NCBI GenBank assembly: GCA_028279745.1
Contig: JANQNC010000001.1
Coordinates: forward strand, 1,269,351-1,301,350
Length of the DNA stretch: 32,000 bases
Source: Candidatus Nanoarchaeia archaeon
GTDB lineage: Archaea; Nanobdellota; Nanobdellia; Woesearchaeales; JANQNC01
Reading direction: 5' to 3'
The notes beneath the pieces were generated by a model. The model had not been told where the DNA came from, ran no database searches, and saw only the letters and a program-made list of their open reading frames with translations. This document shows, in pieces, positions 22,856-30,325 of the stretch. The translations under genes and the position numbers were made by a program. Within the stretch, counting starts at the first letter, position 1; every line of letters begins with the position of its first letter.

Positions 22856-24645
22856 TTTTGCATAATTTTTTTTGGGCTTTCATTTTTTTTAGCAGCATCG
22901 ATGACTTTATCAGGAGTCTTGTAATAGGTTCTCATGATCTGTCCAACAGAATCCATGTCTTTCAGTTCATGTTTAAGCATCCAATCTAATATGGCCTCCT
23001 TTTCTTCTAGGTCTTTTTTAATCTCGTCAGGAGTCATACCCGTATGTAGATTAAGCTCTTCAATGATTCGGATGCTTTCATTTGTCTTCTCAAACTTATC
23101 GCTGGAAGGTCTCCATCTGTACAGATAGTTGATATCTACTTTCTCTCCCCCCGACAGAACTTCTGCAAGCTCTAACATTCTTCTTGCACCTTTTTTCCTA
23201 TCTCGGTATTGTACTAAGATGAGATGTAAAGCTTCAATCTCAGACTTAGGGATCTGGATGGGGGGTTCGACAAGTCTTCTAAGAACTTGTGAAATGGTGT
23301 CTGCATGCAGGGTGCAGCATACAGAGTGGCCTGTGTGCATGGCTTCAAACATAGCTTCAGCTTGTCTTTTTCTTCTTACCTCTCCCACAACTATTCGGTC
23401 AGGCCTCATCCTCAAAGAAGCAACCATAAGGTCAAGCATAGACACTTCACCTTTTCCTTCAGGGTTTGGGTTCCTGCTTGTCAAAGGCACCCAGTTTCGT
23501 GTTAGGGAGAGGGGTAAGCTTATCTCTCTTGTGTCCTCTATGGAGATTATCCTCTGCGTTGCAGGGATCAAAGAGGTGACTGCATTAAGGATAGAAGTCT
23601 TTCCTGAAGCTGTCCCTCCTGCGACCATCACATTAAGCTCATACTGTACTGCTAGCCAAAGAAGCGCAGCGACTTCAACTGAGATGCAGTTTACTTTAGG
23701 GTCGATAAAATTTATTATTGTCCAGGGGTTTCTTGAAAACCTTCTTATTGTTACTGTATTGCCTGCGGTTGATATGGGGAATAATGTTGCAGCCACCCTG
23801 TCCCCTGTAGAAAGATGAGCATCCATTAGGGGGTTAAGGGAGCTTATATCCCGCCCAGACTTCCTTCCGATCTGAGAGATAAAATTGTATATCTCTTCTT
23901 CATCTTTTGTCTTGTGGGTGGATTCAAGCCATCCATGCTTTTTATGGAAAACGCTTAATGGATTGTTTGCACCATTTATCGTTATCTCTTCTAAAAACTC
24001 ATCTGAAAGGATCAACTCAATGTCTCCCAAGCCATAAATCTTGTGAAGCATCATTCCCGCAAGCATCTTTATCTGAGAATCATACGTTTGCGGCAGTTCA
24101 TTTTTTATTAATGAGTATGAGCTCTTAAAAAACGAATCTTTAAGCTTGGCTATTTTCCTAGGATCGGTTATATCCTCAAAAGATATTGAAGTGTTTTTTG
24201 CAAGCTCATCAATCAAGCAATCAAGAAAGGCGTTAGTTGGCAGTTCAAGCAAAGGCTTTATCAGCTCGTAAACAAGAACATCTTTATCTGGAACATCCCA
24301 GATGTTAACCTTGGCATCTACGAAATCTGATTGCAGTGTATAGCTTTCTATGAGCTTCTTGTCTTTTACGGAAAAGGGTGTGGATGAGGGAGGAGTTAAG
24401 GGCTCCGACACTTTAACTGTGGGCTTTTTTATTATGTTCACAGGATAGCTAACTTTTAGTATCCCTTTTTGTGCAAGCAGGTTAGTCAGTCTTTCTATGA
24501 TGTCTTCAGAAACACCGAACTCTTTTGAGAGTTCAGAAAGGGCAGTGTTGTCGTCATTCTGTCTTATCTTGTCAACAAGCTTGTCTATAAAAGTCTTGAC
24601 AAGGGAGTTTTCTTTTTCTGGCATAGAACTATTTCTAGCATACAT
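22852..24645 (-). CDS. Type IV pilus / secretion ATPase (FlaI/TadA/VirB11 family, T2SS-E) with an N-terminal extension
   Basis: 597 aa. Walker A is VAGGTASGKTS, Asp box RIISIEDTREI, Walker B RPDRIVVGEVR and His box TGHSVCCTLHA. SD GGGAGGT lies 8-9 nt upstream of the ATG at 24645. Confidence 0.9.
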   Translation of the reverse strand: MYARNSSMPEKENSLVKTFIDKLVDKIRQNDDNTALSELSKEFGVSEDIIERLTNLLAQKGILKVSYPVNIIKKPTVKVSEPLTPPSSTPFSVKDKKLIESYTLQSDFVDAKVNIWDVPDKDVLVYELIKPLLELPTNAFLDCLIDELAKNTSISFEDITDPRKIAKLKDSFFKSSYSLIKNELPQTYDSQIKMLAGMMLHKIYGLGDIELILSDEFLEEITINGANNPLSVFHKKHGWLESTHKTKDEEEIYNFISQIGRKSGRDISSLNPLMDAHLSTGDRVAATLFPISTAGNTVTIRRFSRNPWTIINFIDPKVNCISVEVAALLWLAVQYELNVMVAGGTASGKTSILNAVTSLIPATQRIISIEDTREISLPLSLTRNWVPLTSRNPNPEGKGEVSMLDLMVASLRMRPDRIVVGEVRRKRQAEAMFEAMHTGHSVCCTLHADTISQVLRRLVEPPIQIPKSEIEALHLILVQYRDRKKGARRMLELAEVLSGGEKVDINYLYRWRPSSDKFEKTNESIRIIEELNLHTGMTPDEIKKDLEEKEAILDWMLKHELKDMDSVGQIMRTYYKTPDKVIDAAKKNESPKKIMQK

Positions 24646-24854
24646 CTAATCTTACCTCCCGATTTCTTGTTTTTTTTAACTTGGGGTGTTGTGTGGTAAA
24701 AATGTTATCTGTTATCTGAAAAGGGAGAATCGTCTTTACCGATGATAAAGATAAAAAAAGAGTTTTATGATGTGTTTTCTTTTTTATGTAAATAAGGGAG
24801 ACATAATGGAAAAAGATCTTGAAGAATTGAAAGAGTTGGAAGAATGCGAGGAGG

Positions 24855-25088
24855 ATGAAGAAGTTGGTTGAAGTAGTATTATTGAGATACTGTCTTGGAT
24901 GTGGCGGTATTGAAACAAAGTCAAAAAGCAACAAGCATATCACAAAAAGCAGGCTTTTTCAGATCATACAAGAGAGCTCAGTAGAGTTCAGCCACGGCAT
25001 ACACAGCAAGAACTGCTTAAGGAAATTGTATGGTGGGAAATACACGAAAGCAGCGAATAATGGTGAATTATATGATGCATGCAGATAA
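24855..25088 (+). CDS. Doubtful small ORF (77 aa) with a CxxC and an HxxHxxxC
   Basis: It sits in the divergent intergenic region. GAGGAGG abuts the ATG, which is too close for a typical SD. The sequence is MKKLVEVVLLRYCLGCGG...FSHGIHSKNC. No family recognised. Confidence 0.2.
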   Translation: MKKLVEVVLLRYCLGCGGIETKSKSNKHITKSRLFQIIQESSVEFSHGIHSKNCLRKLYGGKYTKAANNGELYDACR

Positions 25089-25130
25089 GAGGGGGCGGTA
25101 AAAATAGCTGATGGTGAAGAAGGACCGGAC

Positions 25131-25970
25131 TTGTATTTTCAAGGAGAGAACAATACTGGAGACAGGGCAGAGGGCGAAATATATCCGCAGTCTGGCTCTC
25201 AAGATGAGAATAACCAAGATATGGAACGTGCGGAAGGTTCAGCACAAGATTCACACGAAATGCATACAGAAAGCGATCTTACAGAAAGGGTGCAGACAGG
25301 AGTGCCTGGTCTGGATGAGATGATCGAAGGCGGGTTTAAGAGAGATAGGATAACTCTCGTCGGAGGGATGGCAGGAGCAGGAAAAACTATATTGTCTATG
25401 CAGTTCATAATAAATGGGATCTTAAAATTTGGTGAGAATGGTGTTTACGTTAGTTTTGAAGAGAACAAAAAAAGGATATTTGAAGATATGCTAAGGTTTG
25501 GATGGGATCTGGCAAAATTGGAAGAAGAAGGGAAATTTGCATTTGTAGAATACACGCCTGAACAGGTAAACAAAGTAGTTGAAACTGGAGGGGGAGTTAT
25601 GAGGGAATTAGTTGATAGGATCAACGCAAAAAGGATAGTGATAGACAGTATATCTGCTTTTAATCTTCTTCATAAGAACGAATTTGAGAAAAGAGAAGCC
25701 ACACTAAACCTCTTCAACTCGATGAGAAAATGGGGGTGCAGTGCAGTGGTGACTGGCCAGTACAGATTTTCAGAAGACATGATGGTATGTTCACCAATAG
25801 AATTTGAAGTAGACAATGTGATACTTCTTCATAACATAAAAAATAATAACATAAGAGTGAGAGCGCTAGAGGTATTCAAGATGAGGGGAACAAGACATTC
25901 TCCAGATACCAATATGATGCAGATAACTGAAGAGGGAGTAGTTGTTTACCCCGGTGAGCAGATATTTTGA
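25131..25970 (+). CDS. KaiC-like / ArlH(FlaH)-like single-domain ATPase; start uncertain
   Basis: Core motifs are VQTGVPGLDEMIEGG, Walker A GGMAGAGKT and Walker B-like RIVIDSIS. The ORF-track start is a TTG at 25131 with no good SD. In-frame ATGs at 25221 and 25260 are alternatives. The roughly 45 residues before the core are acidic and low-complexity. The stop lies 3 nt before the next gene. Confidence 0.8.
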   Translation: MYFQGENNTGDRAEGEIYPQSGSQDENNQDMERAEGSAQDSHEMHTESDLTERVQTGVPGLDEMIEGGFKRDRITLVGGMAGAGKTILSMQFIINGILKFGENGVYVSFEENKKRIFEDMLRFGWDLAKLEEEGKFAFVEYTPEQVNKVVETGGGVMRELVDRINAKRIVIDSISAFNLLHKNEFEKREATLNLFNSMRKWGCSAVVTGQYRFSEDMMVCSPIEFEVDNVILLHNIKNNNIRVRALEVFKMRGTRHSPDTNMMQITEEGVVVYPGEQIF

Positions 25971-25973
25971 AAA

Positions 25974-28049
25974 ATGTCAAAAAAGTGCCAGTCTGCCGTA
26001 GAGGTAATGATAATACTTGCAGTTTCAATATTTATATTATCAATGATACTTGTTGTAGGCAGCAAGATGCTGGGGGGAAGCAGCAGTAAAGTAGAATCGT
26101 CAAAAGCTAGAACCACAGTAGACAGCTTATCAAACGCTGCAGACTTAGTGTATCAAGAAGGGGTGGGATCGAGAACAAGAGTTTATGTAACTTTACCTGA
26201 TGAGATCCAAAGCTTTACCACACAGAACCAGACACTGAAGATGAGGCTCTATTCAGGAGGGGATCTGAAAGATGTGTACAGGAACCTTGATTTTAATATC
26301 TCAGGAGAACTGCCTTCTGAGGAGGGCAATTACTGGATCTATCTTGAGTCAAGGGAAGGATATGTGTATATCAGCAAAAACGCGTCAATCAAAGACCTAG
26401 CACCGCCAAACTCGGTAACAAATCTTGCAGACAAGTCTTCAGGATATACCTGGATATACTGGAACTGGACCAACCCATCAGATACGGATTTTAGCCAATC
26501 AATAGTTTTTATCGGGGGCATTAACGTGCTAAATACGTCTAATAATTATTACAATGCAACCGGACTGAGCGAAGACACAAGCTATACAATAAATATCCAT
26601 ACAAAAGATATCAATGGAAACATAAATGACAACAACGTGACTGATGATGCTTCCACCCTGCATCTCCCTATCGTAATAGTATCACTAAGCGAAAACCCAG
26701 ACCCAGTAGCCCAGAACAGCAACGTAACAATAACTGCAAACGTGACCAGTGATAATGAGATAAGTTCGGTGTGGGCAGAGCTGGGAGGTGTAAACTATAG
26801 TATGGTCAGACAGTTACAGACTGAGCTTGTGACAAAGTGGACCGAAGATTTCTCTTCAGACACTGACTGGGCAACTTGGGACAGTGAAGGGTGGGGGATC
26901 GCCTATGTGAACAGCGCATCAGACTGTATAGATGACTCTAATGACGACTGCATGAACGCAGACGGGTTCGGAACAAATGACCTATACAAGCAGACGGACA
27001 TAGACCTAAGCGACTGCGTAAACGGCAGCGCATACTTTTACATAGAAAAAGTCAAGGAAGAAGGCACATTAGAATCTTCAGACTGTATGGAAGCGCACTT
27101 CTCAGAAGATAGCGGGAACTCTTGGAGCAGCGACTATAACATATTATGTGATGACGATCCAGATCCTACAAAGAACATTACAATACCTGACCAATACCTA
27201 ACATCTCAAGCAAGGGTTATGATAGAAAAAGAAAACTTTGGTGGATTTGGAGAAGATGTGTGGCTTGACGGGTTTAGGATAGACTGTTCAGTACAAAACT
27301 TTACTGGGTTGTGGGAGCTATCGCATAACACTTCAGATGAGACAGGTCTTGTAAGCTATACTGTTTATGCAAATGATACCTCTGGAAACAATGCAGTTCC
27401 AAAAACAGGAAACTTTACTGTAGAACTTATATGGAGCTTATTGTTTAGCGACAACTTTGACAGATCAGATAGCAGCATTTTAGGAAACGGCTGGATAGAA
27501 GTGGATAGTGACTCAGATGCAGATTCAAAAATAAGCAGCAACAGGTTAGTCCTTGATACAGATGACAACACAAACCAACCAAGGGCATTACACAGCTTTG
27601 ACCAAAAAAGTACAGGGACTGTGAACTGGACTTACACGCTAAACTTTGAAAGGACCGGAAGCGAAAACTGGTACGAACTGTTCATGCAGCTTGGAAATAA
27701 TGCGACTATGGTGGATCCTTCAACAAGCGACAGTACGGGAGTTGCAGTTAACCTGAAATGGGCAGGACCAAACCAGGGCATGACAAACCATGAAGGGTTT
27801 GGGTATGTGCAAGGAGGTTCTGTAACCGAGGTTGAGATAGTGAGCGGGGGAGATGCAGTGATAGAGATCATTGCAGACATGGACAGTAATGTGTTTAACG
27901 TATCGGTCGATGGCGTGCAAAAAGCGAATGACGTATCTTTTGACAATAATGTATCAGTGGATGCAGTACGAATTTACACTGACGGACTTTATCAGAACAA
28001 CTTTGACCTTAGAGAGATAGACAGCATAACTGTACACCACAAACCATGA
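25974..28049 (+). CDS. Large pilin-like protein: class III signal peptide plus pilin head fused to FN3-like and jelly-roll-like extracellular domains
   Basis: 691 aa. The N-terminus is MSKKCQSAVEVMIILAVSIFILSMILVVG, followed by ARTTVDSLSNAADLVYQEGVGSRTRVYVTLP (the same layout as the 139-aa pilin-like gene that follows). FN3-like stretch is PPNSVTNLADKSSGYTWIYWNWTNPSDTDF...TGLSEDTSYTINIHTKDINGN (about 26400-26620). There are many N-x-S/T sequons. Confidence 0.8.
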   Translation: MSKKCQSAVEVMIILAVSIFILSMILVVGSKMLGGSSSKVESSKARTTVDSLSNAADLVYQEGVGSRTRVYVTLPDEIQSFTTQNQTLKMRLYSGGDLKDVYRNLDFNISGELPSEEGNYWIYLESREGYVYISKNASIKDLAPPNSVTNLADKSSGYTWIYWNWTNPSDTDFSQSIVFIGGINVLNTSNNYYNATGLSEDTSYTINIHTKDINGNINDNNVTDDASTLHLPIVIVSLSENPDPVAQNSNVTITANVTSDNEISSVWAELGGVNYSMVRQLQTELVTKWTEDFSSDTDWATWDSEGWGIAYVNSASDCIDDSNDDCMNADGFGTNDLYKQTDIDLSDCVNGSAYFYIEKVKEEGTLESSDCMEAHFSEDSGNSWSSDYNILCDDDPDPTKNITIPDQYLTSQARVMIEKENFGGFGEDVWLDGFRIDCSVQNFTGLWELSHNTSDETGLVSYTVYANDTSGNNAVPKTGNFTVELIWSLLFSDNFDRSDSSILGNGWIEVDSDSDADSKISSNRLVLDTDDNTNQPRALHSFDQKSTGTVNWTYTLNFERTGSENWYELFMQLGNNATMVDPSTSDSTGVAVNLKWAGPNQGMTNHEGFGYVQGGSVTEVEIVSGGDAVIEIIADMDSNVFNVSVDGVQKANDVSFDNNVSVDAVRIYTDGLYQNNFDLREIDSITVHHKP

Positions 28050-28465
28050 AGATGAGAGCGCAAATATCCACAGAATTCATAATGATAACATCTGTAATGT
28101 TGATCATTTTCCTGATGATGTTTTCAATAATCGATAAAAGAGATAATGAAGTGTATTCTGGGATGGCTGTGCTTTCTGCAAGGACAGAAGGAGATAAGTT
28201 AGCTAACAATATAAATTCGGTTTTTCTTGCAAAAGAAGGAGCAAAGAAGACAATAATCCTTCCAGAGACATTAAAGGACGGAAACGACTATTTAGTGGCC
28301 ATCTACCCATCAGACCGGTTGGTGGAGGTAAGATGGAATTCTCTAGAGGGAACAAGAACATACACTTCAACGATCGTAACATCAAAAGTAACAGGGTACC
28401 TAAGCGCAATAAGCAACACCTCCTTAACAATATCAAACATAGAGGGGGGTGTAGTTATTGAATAA
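28046..28465 (+). CDS. Pilin-like protein with a class III signal peptide (QxSxEF type)
   Basis: 139 aa. The N-terminus is MKMRAQISTEFIMITSVMLIIFLMMF. There is an ATGA overlap with the upstream gene. Confidence 0.8.
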   Translation: MKMRAQISTEFIMITSVMLIIFLMMFSIIDKRDNEVYSGMAVLSARTEGDKLANNINSVFLAKEGAKKTIILPETLKDGNDYLVAIYPSDRLVEVRWNSLEGTRTYTSTIVTSKVTGYLSAISNTSLTISNIEGGVVIE

Positions 28466-28985
28466 GGCCCAAATGTTTTCTTTAGACTCTTTTATCGCAA
28501 TAGGGATATTTATATTTATAATCCTGCTTTCAGCAATATTGTGGGATTATGGGCGAGAAAAGATTTCAGTAGAAGAGACAAGAAACGATATGGGTCGCAT
28601 TGCAAGAAATGCTTTGTCCGCCCTTGCCGAGACAAAAGGCAATCCAGCAAACTGGACAGAATATGATCTCGACGGATCGACAATAACCTCGTTAGGTCTT
28701 GCAAGCGAATTTTTAGTCATCGACACACAAAAGATAAACTCGTTATCCCTGGCAGATTATGCAGATGCAAAAAAGATGCTTGGTGTTCTTGGGCCAGGTT
28801 ATGAGTTTACGCTAAAGTTGTATTCATGGAACGGAAGCGAATATCTTAGTGAATATTCTGCAGGCATAGAACCAGATGCAGCATCTTATGAAGTTGTAAA
28901 GACAGAAAGAGCAGTATTGTTAAACGACAGTTGGGCAAGAGCCACATTGAAGCTCTGGAAATCTTGTGAGGACATAACATGCTAA
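28458..28985 (+). CDS. Pilin-like protein with a class III-type N-terminus
   Basis: 175 aa. TTG start at 28458, 6-7 nt after GAGGGGGGTG. The N-terminus is MNKAQMFSLDSFIAIGIFIFIILLSAILW. An alternative ATG lies at 28473. There is an 8-nt overlap with the upstream gene. Confidence 0.7.
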   Translation: MNKAQMFSLDSFIAIGIFIFIILLSAILWDYGREKISVEETRNDMGRIARNALSALAETKGNPANWTEYDLDGSTITSLGLASEFLVIDTQKINSLSLADYADAKKMLGVLGPGYEFTLKLYSWNGSEYLSEYSAGIEPDAASYEVVKTERAVLLNDSWARATLKLWKSCEDITC

Positions 28986-29389
28986 GCAAAAAGACTATGA
29001 TCTTTACACTTGACGCGCTGTTAGCGATCAGCATAGCAATATTGATCGCATCTTCCTGTTTTGTTTTTTTATCAAAAACATCTTCAGGGGTATATCATGT
29101 CAGAGGTGCATATCTAATATCATCAGATAGTCTCACTGTTCTGGAGAAAAGTGATGCTTTGAAGGAAGCGATAACGCTAAACAGTACGACAAGCATAGAA
29201 GAGTTTATAGGAGGTATGCCTTCACAGGTATGTGGCAGTGTAACGGTCTATGATTCGTTATCATCGTCAAAGCTCTCTGTACAGAGAGAAGGTTGCACAT
29301 CAAAAAACTTATCTGCAGTGGCCTATAGGGTGTTTGTGGATGATGAAGAAAACATATACTATGCAAAGATGGAGAGCTGGTACAGATGA
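28979..29389 (+). CDS. Pilin-like protein with a class III-type N-terminus
   Basis: 136 aa. The N-terminus is MLSKKTMIFTLDALLAISIAILIASSCFVF. GAGGA lies 6 nt upstream. There is a 7-nt overlap with the upstream gene. Confidence 0.7.
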   Translation: MLSKKTMIFTLDALLAISIAILIASSCFVFLSKTSSGVYHVRGAYLISSDSLTVLEKSDALKEAITLNSTTSIEEFIGGMPSQVCGSVTVYDSLSSSKLSVQREGCTSKNLSAVAYRVFVDDEENIYYAKMESWYR

Positions 29390-30222
29390 AAAGAAAGAGC
29401 ATGTTGTTTACAGTGACGACTACGCTTTTATTCTTGTCGATACTGATTCTTATAGTATCTTACCTGGGAAGATACAACGAACTGGAAAGCATGGCTTCAA
29501 CCTCGATGGCAGGAAGCAGGATGAGTTATATTGAAGATGATATAACTGGAAAAGTATACTCAGATATATTATCGCTCAATGTTGAATCTATAACTGAAGA
29601 AGCGTACGCCACCGTAATCTTCAACCACTCTAATCTGACTTCAGATATTGATCATGGCCAACTTATGAAAGACTATGAGAGTTTTATAGAGGGAAGTTAT
29701 TCTACAATAAACAATGCTGAGATAACTCTGACAAATTTTACAAATTCAATCTTTATCATGCCTTACGGAAGCACCATAACTGTTGAGGGGGGTGTCATCT
29801 ATGTATTTACAGAAAACGCTTCAAGCATAAGCGAAGTTAACATATCGGTGAGTACTGGCGAATCATCAAACATATCAGAAGGTCGCCCTTCTAATAGCGG
29901 CAGTGTAGATCTAAGCGTGGATATAGATTATAGCGGGGGATCTTTTAGCGAGACAGCTTCTTTAGATCCTGCCGCAGCAAACGATCCTTTTTATGTAAAT
30001 TTTGAATCTGGATCAAGAGTGGAAGTCCGTTTTGGCAGTCACGGTGGCAGGGAGGGAACTTTAGTGTTGAACGTGTCACATGCCGCGGCAGACCTGTCAA
30101 GGGTAAGCGTGGGTTATGAGCCATCATCTGAAAAAGTGAAAGTTGTAGGTGGGAACATATCTATAAGCTTTCCAGTTGAGAACATGACTAAAACTTCTGA
30201 GATACTAATTTCAGAGGGATAG
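29386..30222 (+). CDS. Pilin-like / secreted protein with a basic leader plus hydrophobic helix N-terminus
   Basis: 278 aa. The N-terminus is MKRKSMLFTVTTTLLFLSILILIVSYL. The rest is Ser/Thr/Asn-rich with several N-x-S/T sequons. There is an ATGA overlap with the upstream gene. Confidence 0.65.
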   Translation: MKRKSMLFTVTTTLLFLSILILIVSYLGRYNELESMASTSMAGSRMSYIEDDITGKVYSDILSLNVESITEEAYATVIFNHSNLTSDIDHGQLMKDYESFIEGSYSTINNAEITLTNFTNSIFIMPYGSTITVEGGVIYVFTENASSISEVNISVSTGESSNISEGRPSNSGSVDLSVDIDYSGGSFSETASLDPAAANDPFYVNFESGSRVEVRFGSHGGREGTLVLNVSHAAADLSRVSVGYEPSSEKVKVVGGNISISFPVENMTKTSEILISEG

Positions 30223-30244
30223 GCTATAAAGGTTATGAAAAGTT

Positions 30245-30264
30245 ATTATCCCTGCAGGGATAAT
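30245..30264. promoter_or_regulatory. Perfect 20-bp palindrome ATTATCCCTGCAGGGATAAT (terminator hairpin and/or operator)
   Basis: It starts 23 nt after the stop of the last pilin-like gene and is followed by TTTTGTTATT. It lies about 20 nt upstream of the TATA-like TTATATAAAAAAATAATATA (30281-30300) that precedes the gene starting at 30326. Confidence 0.5.
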
Positions 30265-30325
30265 TTTGTTATTATGTTGGGTTATATAAAAAAATAATAT
30301 AACTAAACATATCTTTTTACTGTCT

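Noticed and set aside
21978-22900. A8/T8 homopolymer runs near the 3' ends of the TadB-like gene (about 21985-21992) and the ATPase gene (about 22866-22890) as slipped-strand phase-variation switches
   Set aside because: Such runs are common throughout this AT-rich window (for example 5050-5060 and 6395-6405) and encode Lys-rich tails. A frameshift there would change only the last few residues.
24806-24871. 21-codon acidic mini-ORF read as a frameshifted N-terminus of the 77-aa ORF
   Set aside because: Joining the two frames gives no recognisable protein. Neither part has family signatures. It is kept only as a note in the control-region finding.
25122-25151. GPDLYFQGE in the KaiC-like upstream frame resembles a TEV protease site (ENLYFQG)
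   Set aside because: The match is imperfect (DLYFQG, with no Glu at P6). No vector, tag or linker sequence surrounds it, so I treat it as coincidence rather than a cloning artefact.
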